Assembly (NCBI GenBank): GCA_017552455.1
Contig: JAFZPX010000027.1
Coordinates: forward strand, 59,486 to 123,485
DNA from: Clostridiales bacterium
GTDB lineage: Bacteria; Bacillota; Clostridia; Saccharofermentanales; Saccharofermentanaceae
DNA length: 64,000 nucleotides
Direction of reading: 5' to 3'
Positions 27,856 through 37,515 of this stretch are shown piece by piece (within the stretch, counting starts at the first letter, position 1; the number at the start of each line of letters is the position of its first letter). The translations under genes and the position numbers were made by a program. The notes under the pieces are model-generated. The model saw only the letters and a program-made list of their open reading frames with translations. It had not been told where the DNA came from and did not search any database.

Positions 27856-27924
27856 CTATGAACATATAATCAACAAGAAGCTGCTTTTATTAAGCGACTG
27901 TAAAAATGGCCAAACTATGTAAAC

Positions 27925-27951
27925 AAAAAACTCCCCGAATCACGCGGGGAG
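27925..27951 (-). terminator. Rho-independent terminator of the GG-leader peptide gene
   Basis: AAAAAA-CTCCCCG-aatcacg-CGGGGAG. Confidence 0.8.
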
Positions 27952-27977
27952 CTCATATAAGTCAATAAATATTTATA

Positions 27978-28208
27978 CTACCCGGCGTAGACCCTCTGGA
28001 TTACCGGAACGATAATCTCCCTCTCAACTCTGCCGGGAACACTGTAATATCTTGACAGCATATCCTGTGCATAAGAAAGAGGTTTACCATTCTTCTTCAA
28101 CATAATAGCTGATTCCTCAGCCTTCTCAAGGATTACCTCCAAAGGAGCATCATCATATAAACCGCCGCCTGTAATCTCTTTTAAAATGTCTTCATTAATA
28201 GTCTTCAT
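27978..28208 (-). CDS. 76-aa peptide with double-glycine (bacteriocin/ComC-type) leader
   Basis: MKTINEDILKEITGG followed by a 61-aa core. AGGAGG SD and its own terminator. Confidence 0.75.
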   Translation of the reverse strand: MKTINEDILKEITGGGLYDDAPLEVILEKAEESAIMLKKNGKPLSYAQDMLSRYYSVPGRVEREIIVPVIQRVYAG

Positions 28209-28281
28209 TGTTCGATTCCTCCTGATAATTATTTGTGACCGCTTATCGATCACACCATTATTATCAAGCGATTCAAACTAC

Positions 28282-28347
28282 CAAACAATGAATAACTTCA
28301 GGCTATTTTGTCGCTTAAGCGACAGTCACAATTGCAACTGTTGCTTT
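28282..28347 (-). promoter_or_regulatory. Promoter module with perfect 16-bp palindrome TGTCGCTTAAGCGACA
   Basis: Palindrome at 28309-28324. Ungapped similarity to 25121-25186. Confidence 0.7.
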
Positions 28348-28436
28348 AGTTTGAATACCACTTCTTTGAAAAATCCATACTACCGTCCCATAAAAAGTGA
28401 GTTTCAAACGCAAAAACCTGGAATTTTCCAATAGAC

Positions 28437-29534
28437 TTAAGCCTTATTCAGAAGCACCACGCACTCCACGTGCTCGGTAAAACAGAACATATCCACAGGA
28501 CACGCCTTAACAGCTTTATACCCTTCCGCAGCGAAAAGCTTCAGGTCTCTTGCCAAAGTCTCGGGGTTACATGAGATATAGACGATCCTTGAAGGGGCGA
28601 GCTTACCGCAGGCACTGATAAACTCCGGCGTCGTTCCTTCACGCGGAGGATCAAGAATGACTACATCGAAGCGTTCGGGTTCAGATGAAGAAGACACCTC
28701 ATTCATATACTCGGTGGCATCAGCCTTAATAACGCTCACATTCGATGCATCGTTAAGACGGATGTTCTTCTTCGCATCTGATACTGCACGGGGATTGATC
28801 TCCACGCCGACTACAGAGCCACAGCGATCCGATGCACAGATTCCTATCGTTCCCGTTCCGCAGTATGCGTCAAGTACTCGTGAAGACTTATCCAAAGATG
28901 CATATTCAAAAGCCTTGGAATAAAGCTTCTCGGCCTGATCATGATTAACCTGATAGAACGATTCGGCACTTATCGTAAACTTCTTGCCGAGCAGTGTATC
29001 CGTTATAAATCCGGGACCATAAACGACCTCCGACTTATCGCCTAAAATCATTGAATCCTTACGCTTATTTATATTGATTACAATCGATGTAATCTCGGGA
29101 TGCTTGCTGACAAGAGTCTTAACAAAATTCTTCTTGCCCGGAAACATGAAGTCACCGAGAACAACAACTACGAGCATCTGTCCCGTGCCGTCAGCAGTTC
29201 TTATAAGAACGCGGCGAAGAAGACCTGTACCGGTCTTCTCGTTATAGACACTCATATGATACTTGTTGGCGATCTTTACGATATCTTCGATAACAGCGAC
29301 AGCAGCCTCGTTCTCAAGATCATTTCCGCCGCCGTCGATAATACGATGCGTTCCGGGCTCATATGTTCCCGCGATTACTTTGCCGCGGGATATTCCCACC
29401 GCCGCATGAACCTTATTACGATAGTGCAAAGGATTATCGGCGCGCACGACAGGCTCGATCTCGGGCACAAGTCCCGAGAGAAGCTTCTCTACGTAAGCCT
29501 GCTTCTTTATGATCTCCTTATCGTAACTTGGCAT
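28437..29534 (-). CDS. rlmD: 23S rRNA m5U methyltransferase (RlmD/TrmA family), short N-terminus
   Basis: YRNK, SFYQVN, LDAYCGTGTIG, LDPPREG, YISCNPETLARD and DMF..T.HVECV. Confidence 0.85.
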   Translation of the reverse strand: MPSYDKEIIKKQAYVEKLLSGLVPEIEPVVRADNPLHYRNKVHAAVGISRGKVIAGTYEPGTHRIIDGGGNDLENEAAVAVIEDIVKIANKYHMSVYNEKTGTGLLRRVLIRTADGTGQMLVVVVLGDFMFPGKKNFVKTLVSKHPEITSIVININKRKDSMILGDKSEVVYGPGFITDTLLGKKFTISAESFYQVNHDQAEKLYSKAFEYASLDKSSRVLDAYCGTGTIGICASDRCGSVVGVEINPRAVSDAKKNIRLNDASNVSVIKADATEYMNEVSSSSEPERFDVVILDPPREGTTPEFISACGKLAPSRIVYISCNPETLARDLKLFAAEGYKAVKACPVDMFCFTEHVECVVLLNKA

Positions 29535-30360
29535 TCTGAACTACTGCGCGAAGCAGAACGGAAGTAGTAACTGATCCGACGCCGCGGGGCACGGGTGTGA
29601 TCGCATCAACAATCTCAGATACAGCTGCGAAGTCTACGTCACCGCACAGCTTGCCTTCCTCATCGACATTCATTCCTACGTCGATAACTGTCTGACCTGC
29701 ACGGAAGTAATCTGCGTTAAGCATCTTAGCCTTACCTGCGCACGCAACAACGATGTCTGCCCACTGGCACTCAGCCTTAAGGTCTTCAGTCTTTGTATGG
29801 CATACCTTAACAGTCGCATTATCCTTAAGAAGGAGCATCGCGACAGGCTTACCGATAACGAGCGAACGGCCTACTACAGTAACCTTCTTACCCTTGATAT
29901 CGATACCGTGGAACTTAAGCATCTCGATGACAGCCTGAGCTGTACAAGGAGCGTGTCCCTCACCTGCACCGGAGAAGATATCTGCCATGTTGGCAAGGCC
30001 CATGCCGTCAACGTCCTTAACTGCACTAATTGATGCAAGGACATTCTTATCTGTCAAAGGCTTCGGCAGGGGTCTGAACATCAGGATACCGTCGATTGAA
30101 GAATCTGCATCAGCAGAAGCAACCGCAGCATCGAGCATCTCCTGTGTGACATCTTCAGGAAGCTCAATCTTCTTTACAGCACAGTTCGCACCTTCAAATC
30201 TCTTTGTAAGACCTCTCTCGTAAGCAAGGTCATCTTCTCTTGCACCTACTCTGATAACGGCCAATGTAGGTACTACGCCCTTAGCCTTAAGCGCCTCTAC
30301 GTCAGGAGCCAATGACTCGACTATAGAATCCGCAACGGGTTTTCCGAGTAATTCTCTCAT
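29518..30360 (-). CDS. folD: Methylenetetrahydrofolate dehydrogenase (FolD family)
   Basis: KDVDG, PCT, GRSLVIGKP, GDVD and ITPVPRGVG.VT. Confidence 0.92.
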   Translation of the reverse strand: MRELLGKPVADSIVESLAPDVEALKAKGVVPTLAVIRVGAREDDLAYERGLTKRFEGANCAVKKIELPEDVTQEMLDAAVASADADSSIDGILMFRPLPKPLTDKNVLASISAVKDVDGMGLANMADIFSGAGEGHAPCTAQAVIEMLKFHGIDIKGKKVTVVGRSLVIGKPVAMLLLKDNATVKVCHTKTEDLKAECQWADIVVACAGKAKMLNADYFRAGQTVIDVGMNVDEEGKLCGDVDFAAVSEIVDAITPVPRGVGSVTTSVLLRAVVQNAKLR

Positions 30361-30971
30361 GCTCCAAGTCCCCCCTTTACTTCTTCGTAAGCCTTATCAC
30401 AGGCACTGCATACATCTGCAACCAAAGCCAGAGTCTCTTCGTTAAGCTTAGCTGCAACCTCGCGGTCCTTCATGAGCTTAGTGTTGATATAAACGTTCAT
30501 GGAAGCGCCTTTCGCGCACGCCTCGCAAGCGGAAGCAGCTACTCCGACGTCACTTATGGCAAGGCGAGAACCCTTTACCACGAGCTCCGAGATAAGCTCC
30601 GATACTTCCTTGGACTTCTTCACGATCTCGAGGGGAGCAAGTGCTGCCTCATACAGAGCCTTCTCCAAGATCTCGTCTCTTCCGGGCTCTTCCTTCGGGA
30701 TGGAGTAAGCTTTTGCCAAGGGCTCGAAAGCCTCCGCATCCTTTTCGATAAGGGTGAGCATGTCCTCGTTGAGGGCTACGGCAGAAGCTATAATGCGCTC
30801 GATGTCTGCCTGGTACTCGGCATACTTCTTCTTGCCTGAGGTAAGGTTACCTACCATGGAGCAAAGTGAAGCTGAAACAGCTCCCATAAGTGCAGAAGCA
30901 CCGCCCCCTCCCGGGGCCGGTGCTCCTGATGATAATTCTTTTGTAAAGTTGTTAAGGTCTAATTCTCTCAT
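30357..30971 (-). CDS. fchA: Methenyltetrahydrofolate cyclohydrolase (FTCD_C / FchA family)
   Basis: PAPGGGGASAL, D..AF, SDVGVA and NVYINT. Coupled to folD. Confidence 0.85.
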   Translation of the reverse strand: MRELDLNNFTKELSSGAPAPGGGGASALMGAVSASLCSMVGNLTSGKKKYAEYQADIERIIASAVALNEDMLTLIEKDAEAFEPLAKAYSIPKEEPGRDEILEKALYEAALAPLEIVKKSKEVSELISELVVKGSRLAISDVGVAASACEACAKGASMNVYINTKLMKDREVAAKLNEETLALVADVCSACDKAYEEVKGGLGA

Positions 30972-31030
30972 GTGATCCTCTTGTATATCAGATAATTGCT
31001 TACCTATTATACATCAGATCGTTCGTGAGA

Positions 31031-32290
31031 TTACCTCCAGATATCGGAAGGATCAGAACCGTAGTCACCGCTGATCATTGTCGGTGCATTGATGCCTGGC
31101 ATATCGAACGGGATTGTGGAATTCTCAGAATAAATTCTGATCTGTGAATTGCCTGCGCAGTGCTCCCAGATCCATCTTGCATCATTTGCATTAAGAACGA
31201 TGTCACCGTTTGTGCAGGATGTTCCGAGTGTGTTGTAAGCGGATACAGACATTGTGTCGTGATTGCCCTGTACATAGTACCAGGATGTGTGGAACATCGT
31301 AGTTCCGTTGATAACGGAGATGTACTGGTTGTATCTTGTCTGACCGTTGATTACCTGAGCGCCCCAGCTTGCACCCTTAGAGATGTTGAATGTTCCCTGA
31401 GGAGTCTCAGATCCGGGTGCACCTGTTGAACAAGCCATAGCCATTACAGGAATGTTGTACTGTCCGCCGGGTGTATCCTGTGCATAGATGATGATAACGT
31501 TTGTTGTAAGGTTGAGCGACAGGAAGTAAGATGTCTGATTTCCGATAAGACCGCTTACGTTCTGAACAAGTCTGTACTCCTCATCGAAGTAGTACTTAAG
31601 ACCGTCGATGAACTTCCAGCCCTTTACAGCCTTGCCGTTGTTATCGGGATCGAAGTAGTATCTGTATCCCTCATATCTCTGCCAGCCTGTGAGCTTGATG
31701 CCCTGGTCGTTGTAGAAGTAAACGCCGTCGGACTCACGTGAGATTCTTCCTGTGTTGCTTGTTGTGTTCTGTGTAGGAACTACTGTAGAAGCAGGTGCGT
31801 TCTGAACAGCTGTTGCTGTGCTTGCATCTGTCGGGAGTGATCCGACTGCGATGTTATAAGCTGCACAGATCTGAGCATACTCCTGTGAACCAACGAAGCC
31901 TGCGAGGATGTTTACTCTGGGTGTTCCCTGTGCAAGGAAGTTCAGCCAATACTGAAGACCTGCAGGGTCGCACTCTCTTCCGAGAACTACGTTGTAAAGA
32001 GTTCTTACATACTGCTCGTTGCTTGTGTTGAATCCTCTGTACTCAGCACTCTCGAAGAAACCGTAAGCGCATGTAGCACCTGTTGTCTCTCCGCTAAGGA
32101 TTCTGGACTTCCAGTACTCGAAGCCTGCAGCTTCAGAGCTTCTGCCCAGTACCATTGTGTACATTCTCTCAACGAACTGTCCTACATACTCGTCACGGGT
32201 CAAAGCACTAACAGTACGGCCCTTAGGCAAGAAAGTGAACAGAATTGAGATCAAAAGGATTGTCGAAATGATCTTGGTCAATCTTCTCAT
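31031..32290 (-). CDS. DUF4214 + cell-wall-binding repeats + degenerate L,D-transpeptidase (YkuD) domain
   Basis: Colinear with 32448..33659, but SHGC is replaced by TNGD. Confidence 0.8.
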   Translation of the reverse strand: MRRLTKIISTILLISILFTFLPKGRTVSALTRDEYVGQFVERMYTMVLGRSSEAAGFEYWKSRILSGETTGATCAYGFFESAEYRGFNTSNEQYVRTLYNVVLGRECDPAGLQYWLNFLAQGTPRVNILAGFVGSQEYAQICAAYNIAVGSLPTDASTATAVQNAPASTVVPTQNTTSNTGRISRESDGVYFYNDQGIKLTGWQRYEGYRYYFDPDNNGKAVKGWKFIDGLKYYFDEEYRLVQNVSGLIGNQTSYFLSLNLTTNVIIIYAQDTPGGQYNIPVMAMACSTGAPGSETPQGTFNISKGASWGAQVINGQTRYNQYISVINGTTMFHTSWYYVQGNHDTMSVSAYNTLGTSCTNGDIVLNANDARWIWEHCAGNSQIRIYSENSTIPFDMPGINAPTMISGDYGSDPSDIWR

Positions 32291-32447
32291 AATCTCGTCT
32301 CCTTTTCCTGAGGTCATATCGATTAAGACCGATATTTCCCCGCTAAAATAGCATTTGCTTACAAACTATTTTAACAATGTAAAGGGAGCCCACTATTTCG
32401 CTAGTGTGTGGATTATATTGCAATTGTATTACAGTGCGTAAAAAACC

Positions 32448-33659
32448 TTATACGTCCGTAGGATCGTGTCCGTAGTCGCCTCTGATGACGATTGGAGCCT
32501 GAGGTTCCGGTCTGTCAAAAGGAGCGGGCTCATTCGATGAGAACAGATATACATTTGATGTGTTGGCGCAGTTCTCATAGATCCAGCGTGCATCCGCAAC
32601 GCAGATTCTGATACAGCCGTGTGAAGCAGGGTTGCCGAGACGGTTATACTGGGAAACGCACAGCGAATCAGGATTGCCATTCTCATAATACCAGCATGAA
32701 TGGAACAGATAATTGCCGGAGATCTGGCAGGTATACTGACCGTATACCCATGCTCCGTCGTTACCTAATACGCCCCATCTGCTGCCTCTTCTTATAGGAT
32801 ATGTACCCTCGATGTTATCGTAGCCTGCTCTTGCGGAGGAGCATACCATGCATCTTACAGGGATGTTGTAAGGACCGCCTGGAGTCTCCTGCGCGTAGAT
32901 CATTATCGTCTCCGTCGCGTGGTTTACAGTTACATAGTAGGAGGACTGTCTTCCGATAATAGAGTCAACATTCTGTACCAGTCTGTGCTGGTCATCAAAG
33001 TAGAACTTAAGTCCGTCGATATAAGTCCAACCCGTTGCTGCACGTCCGCCGTCAGCGGGGTCAAAGTAATAGCGGTTGCCGTTAATTCTCTGCCAGCCGG
33101 TAAGCTGTGTTCCGGATGTGGAATTGAAATAGAGGTTACCGTCCTCATCAGTCGTGAGCGAACCCGGAGTTCCTATACGGACGTCGTTAGGATCCATGGG
33201 AATCTCACCGCGGGTGATACCATAGGAATTACAAATTGAATTATATTCATTGGAATTAACAAGACCTGCAAGTACGTAGAGTCTCGGTGTTCCGCCTGCA
33301 AGGTAGCTTAACCATGTTGTAAGTCCTTCAGGATCAACGGATCTTCCGAGGATGACCGAATACAGTGCTCTTACATACTGCTCATCAGACTTGTTCTTAG
33401 CCTTATACTCATCACTTTCAAAGAAGCCGATCGCACAGTCTGCTCCTGTGAGCTGACCGTTAAGCAGTCCTGAAGTCCAGTAGTTTCTGCCGTAAGCATC
33501 ACTTGTTCTTCCAAGGACCATCGTATACATACGCTCAACAAACTGCGCTGCATACTCTTCTCTGGTCGTTGCGCTGACAGGTACGCTGAGTATAGACATA
33601 AAAATCGCGGCTGTCAGAATTCCTACTACTGCTTTTTTAAGTGATCCAAGGTACCTCAT
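32448..33659 (-). CDS. DUF4214 + cell-wall-binding repeats + L,D-transpeptidase
   Basis: Signal peptide, two DUF4214 units, TGW.I.G..YYF repeats and LFH...ASHGCIR. Confidence 0.85.
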   Translation of the reverse strand: MRYLGSLKKAVVGILTAAIFMSILSVPVSATTREEYAAQFVERMYTMVLGRTSDAYGRNYWTSGLLNGQLTGADCAIGFFESDEYKAKNKSDEQYVRALYSVILGRSVDPEGLTTWLSYLAGGTPRLYVLAGLVNSNEYNSICNSYGITRGEIPMDPNDVRIGTPGSLTTDEDGNLYFNSTSGTQLTGWQRINGNRYYFDPADGGRAATGWTYIDGLKFYFDDQHRLVQNVDSIIGRQSSYYVTVNHATETIMIYAQETPGGPYNIPVRCMVCSSARAGYDNIEGTYPIRRGSRWGVLGNDGAWVYGQYTCQISGNYLFHSCWYYENGNPDSLCVSQYNRLGNPASHGCIRICVADARWIYENCANTSNVYLFSSNEPAPFDRPEPQAPIVIRGDYGHDPTDV

Positions 33660-33681
33660 AAGACTCCTTTGTTCCGGAAAA

Positions 33682-33714
33682 GATAAAGGTCGCACCGTAT
33701 ACCGATGCGACCTT
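33682..33714 (-). terminator. Terminator downstream of rpoC
   Basis: AAGGTCGCA-N11-TGCGACCTT followed by a U-rich tract on the minus strand. Confidence 0.7.
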
Positions 33715-33754
33715 ATTATACTTCAAGTAATATTTCGTACTGATAACAGCTGTA

Positions 33755-36700
33755 TTACTCTTCGCCTCTTGCCTCAGCAGCCTTTGCTTCAGCCTCTGCA
33801 GCTAATGCATCAGCCTCTGCATTCTCGAGCTCTACCTGCTCAAGATAAGCATTGCGGAACATCTCAGCGTTCTCGGAAGAAGGATCGTACTCTTCACCTG
33901 TCAGAACCTTGCTGTTCTCCTTGATAACAGGAACAGCTGTAACATCTCTGTACTTAGGCACACCAGTACCTGCAGGGATGATGGAACCGATGATAACGTT
34001 CTCCTTCAAGCCGATGAGCGGGTCGATCTTGCCCTTAACTGCAGCGTCTGTAAGAACTCTTGCAGTTTCCTGGAAGGAAGCAGCTGACAGGAAGGAATCT
34101 GTAGCAAGGGAAGCCTTTGTGATACCGAGGAGCTGTCTTCTGCCCTCAGCCTTTCTAAGGCCAGCCTGCTCTGCCTTCTCATTCTCAGCAGCAAAGTCGA
34201 GCATATCAACTGTAGTACCTGTCATGAAAGGTGTGTCACCCGGATCGTCGATACGTACTCTTCTCATCATCTGTCTTGTGATGATCTCGATGTGCTTATC
34301 ATTGATGGAAACACCACCGCTCTTATATGACTTAACAACTTCGCTTACGATGTACTTCTGAACACCACGCTCGTCCTTGATTCTCATGATGTCTGCAGGG
34401 TTAACTGCACCATCTGTGAGCATGTCGCCAGCCTCTACTTCGTCGCCGTCAGCTACCTTCAATGTAGCGGATGTAGGAACTGTGTAGTGGCACTCAGCGA
34501 GGAGTACGCCTTCCTTATCTGTAGCACCTGCTGCAGGTGTGATGACGATCTCACGCTTAGCGGACTCGTTTGTGATGAGCTTAACTGTACCGTCGATCTC
34601 AGAGATGATAGCTTCACCCTTAGGCTTTCTTGCCTCGAAGAGCTCCTCGACACGAGGGAGACCCTGTGTGATATCCTCACCGGAGTTAGCGATACCACCT
34701 GAGTGGAACGTTCTCATCGTAAGCTGTGTACCAGGCTCACCGATTGACTGAGCAGCCATGATACCAACTGCCTCACCGCCTACTGTAGGCAGACCGTTAG
34801 CAAGGTTGATACCGTAGCACTTAGCACATACACCGTGACGTGAACGGCAGTCAAATACGGATCTGATCTTAACCTTCTTATTGCCTGTAGCTTCAATCTT
34901 CTTAGCATCGTCTGCGGAGATGAGCTCGTTTCTTGCAACGATAACCTCACCTGTTGTGAGATCCTTGATGTCCTCAGCAGCATAACGGCCTGTGAGTCTC
35001 TCAGCGAGAGTCTTGATGACATCCTTCTTCTCGTTAGATACGTTAACGATCTCCTTAACCCATGTGAAGTCGTCTGTACCGCAGTCTTCCTCAGAGATGA
35101 TGATCTCCTGAGCAACGTCAACAAGTCTTCTTGTGAGGTAACCGGAGTCAGCCGTCTTAAGAGCTGTATCGGAGAGGGCCTTACGAGCACCGTGTGAAGA
35201 GATAAAGAACTCGAGAACGTTCATACCTTCACGGAGGTTGGATCTGATCGGGATCTCGAGAGTGTTACCCTGAGTATCCTCCATGTTACCTCTCATACCA
35301 GCGAGCTGCTTGATCTGGTTATCGTTACCACGGGCACCGGATGATGACATCATCTTGATCGGGTTATCGGACTTAAGGTTAGACTTAAGAGCCTTAGTGA
35401 TATCGTTTGTTGTATTCATCCAGACCTTTACGACCTGACCGTGACGGCCCTGATCGTTCAAGAGACCTCTCTCATACATGTGGTTGATCTTCTCAACCTT
35501 CTCGTCAGCTTCCTTGAGCATCTTCTCCTTAACATCAGGGATGATCATGTCCTCGATACCGATGGAGATACCGGAAACTGTTGAATACTTATAACCCATA
35601 GCCTTAACGGAATCGAGGAACTTAACTGTTCTTGCGGCACCGTTAACTCTGATGCATCTTGCGATGATATCGCCGAGCTGCTTCTTACCGATCTGGAAGT
35701 CGCACTCGAGAGCGAACTCATTATCAGGGTTGGATCTGTCTACATATCCAAGGTTCTGAGGAATTACTTCGTTGAAGAGGAAACGTCCGTAAGAGGAGTA
35801 AACAACCTTGCTCTTCTTAACGCCGTCAACTTCCTTAGTCATTCTGATACCGCACTTTGTCTGAAGCTCGATATCTCTGTTTGTATAAGCCATAGTAGCC
35901 TCATCGAGAGATGAGAATACCATTCCGTCACCCTTGCACTCGGATCTGTCCATGTTCTCGTCGCGCTGCATTGTGAGGTAGTAGCAGCCGAGGATCATAT
36001 CCTGTGTAGGAACAGTAACAGGGTTACCGTCCTGAGGCTTCAACAGGTTGTTCGGGTGGAGCATGAGGAATCTAGCCTCAGCCTGTGCCTCTGCAGAGAG
36101 AGGTACGTGTACAGCCATCTGGTCACCGTCGAAGTCAGCGTTAAAAGCTGTACATGCGAGAGGGTGAAGCTTGATAGCACGACCTTCTACGAGGATAGGC
36201 TCGAATGCCTGAATACCGAGTCTGTGGAGCGTAGGAGCTCTGTTCAGGAGAACAGGGTGATCCTTGATGATCTCTTCGAGGATATCCCAAACAGCGGGAT
36301 CCCATCTGTCGACCATTCTCTTACCAGTCTTGATGTTAGATGTCTTGCCCTCTTCAACAAGTCTCTTGATTACGAAGGGCTTGAACAGCTCGAGAGCCAT
36401 CTCCTTAGGAAGACCGCACTGATGCATCTTGAGCTCAGGTCCGACAACGATAACTGAACGTCCGGAATAGTCAACACGCTTTCCGAGGAGGTTCTGTCTG
36501 AAACGGCCCTGCTTACCCTTGAGCATGTCTGTAAGGGACTTGAGCTGTCTGTTGTTTGTAGCGGAAGTGGAACCTGTAACAGGACGTCCTCTTCTGCCGT
36601 TATCGATAAGAGAGTCAACAGCTTCCTGGAGCATTCTCTTCTCGTTTCTGACGATGATGTCAGGAGCACCGAGATCGAGGAGCTTCTTAAGTCTGTTGTT

Positions 36701-37495
36701 TCTGTTAATAACTCTTCTGTAAAGATCGTTAAGATCGGATGTAGCGTAACGGCCACCATCGAGAGGTACCATAGGACGGAGCTCAGGAGGGAGAACCGGC
36801 AGTACATCGAGGATCATCCACTCAGGCTTGTTACCTGAATTTCTGAAAGCTTCAACAACCTCAAGTCTCTTGATGATTCTAGCCTTCTTCTGGCCTGTAG
36901 CTTCGTTTCTTTCCTTATCGAGCTTCTCAGCAAGAGCGTCGATATCAACTTCGCGCAGAAGCTTCTTTACAGCCTCAGCACCCATTCTTGCATCGAAAGC
37001 TGATCTTCCGTACTTAGCTACATACTCTCTGTATCTTGCGTCGTCGATAGTCTCGTTCTTAACAAGGTCTGTCTCGCCGGGATCTACTACGATATAAGAT
37101 GCGAAATAAAGTACTCTCTCCAATGTCTTCGGAGGGATGTCGAGGAGCAAGCTCATACGGCTCGGTACACCTCTGAAATACCAGATGTGTGATACAGGAG
37201 CAGCGAGCTCAATGTGTCCCATTCTCTCACGACGAACTGTGTTCTTTGTAACCTCAACACCGCATCGGTCGCAGATCATGCCCTTATAACGGATCTTCTT
37301 ATACTTACCGCAGTGGCACTCCCAGCTCTTTACGGGTCCGAAGATCTTCTCGCAGAAGAGACCGTCGGTTTCCGGCTTCTGTGTACGGTAGTTGATTGTC
37401 TCAGGCTTCTTTACCTCACCGTGTGACCATCCCTTGATGACCTCGGGAGAAGCAAGCTTAATACCGATAGCCGTTAAATGATTTGAATCGTACAT
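33755..37495 (-). CDS. rpoC: DNA-directed RNA polymerase beta' subunit
   Basis: KPETINYRT, Zn-finger cysteines, NADFDGD and [13 protein letters not shown]. Confidence 0.99.
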   Translation of the reverse strand: MYDSNHLTAIGIKLASPEVIKGWSHGEVKKPETINYRTQKPETDGLFCEKIFGPVKSWECHCGKYKKIRYKGMICDRCGVEVTKNTVRRERMGHIELAAPVSHIWYFRGVPSRMSLLLDIPPKTLERVLYFASYIVVDPGETDLVKNETIDDARYREYVAKYGRSAFDARMGAEAVKKLLREVDIDALAEKLDKERNEATGQKKARIIKRLEVVEAFRNSGNKPEWMILDVLPVLPPELRPMVPLDGGRYATSDLNDLYRRVINRNNRLKKLLDLGAPDIIVRNEKRMLQEAVDSLIDNGRRGRPVTGSTSATNNRQLKSLTDMLKGKQGRFRQNLLGKRVDYSGRSVIVVGPELKMHQCGLPKEMALELFKPFVIKRLVEEGKTSNIKTGKRMVDRWDPAVWDILEEIIKDHPVLLNRAPTLHRLGIQAFEPILVEGRAIKLHPLACTAFNADFDGDQMAVHVPLSAEAQAEARFLMLHPNNLLKPQDGNPVTVPTQDMILGCYYLTMQRDENMDRSECKGDGMVFSSLDEATMAYTNRDIELQTKCGIRMTKEVDGVKKSKVVYSSYGRFLFNEVIPQNLGYVDRSNPDNEFALECDFQIGKKQLGDIIARCIRVNGAARTVKFLDSVKAMGYKYSTVSGISIGIEDMIIPDVKEKMLKEADEKVEKINHMYERGLLNDQGRHGQVVKVWMNTTNDITKALKSNLKSDNPIKMMSSSGARGNDNQIKQLAGMRGNMEDTQGNTLEIPIRSNLREGMNVLEFFISSHGARKALSDTALKTADSGYLTRRLVDVAQEIIISEEDCGTDDFTWVKEIVNVSNEKKDVIKTLAERLTGRYAAEDIKDLTTGEVIVARNELISADDAKKIEATGNKKVKIRSVFDCRSRHGVCAKCYGINLANGLPTVGGEAVGIMAAQSIGEPGTQLTMRTFHSGGIANSGEDITQGLPRVEELFEARKPKGEAIISEIDGTVKLITNESAKREIVITPAAGATDKEGVLLAECHYTVPTSATLKVADGDEVEAGDMLTDGAVNPADIMRIKDERGVQKYIVSEVVKSYKSGGVSINDKHIEIITRQMMRRVRIDDPGDTPFMTGTTVDMLDFAAENEKAEQAGLRKAEGRRQLLGITKASLATDSFLSAASFQETARVLTDAAVKGKIDPLIGLKENVIIGSIIPAGTGVPKYRDVTAVPVIKENSKVLTGEEYDPSSENAEMFRNAYLEQVELENAEADALAAEAEAKAAEARGEE

Positions 37496-37515
37496 TTATC
37501 TTTGGTCTCCTTCTA

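Noticed and set aside
32291-32447. Possible riboswitch (c-di-GMP or c-di-AMP) upstream of the degenerate transpeptidase
   Set aside because: Short hairpins are present, but I could not match a known aptamer consensus or an expression-platform terminator. The ATCGATTAAG resemblance to the palindromic box is too weak to count.
33715-33743. TATAAT immediately before the rpoC terminator, which could start a transcript inside the hairpin
   Set aside because: There is no credible -35 or extended -10, so it cannot be supported without TSS data.
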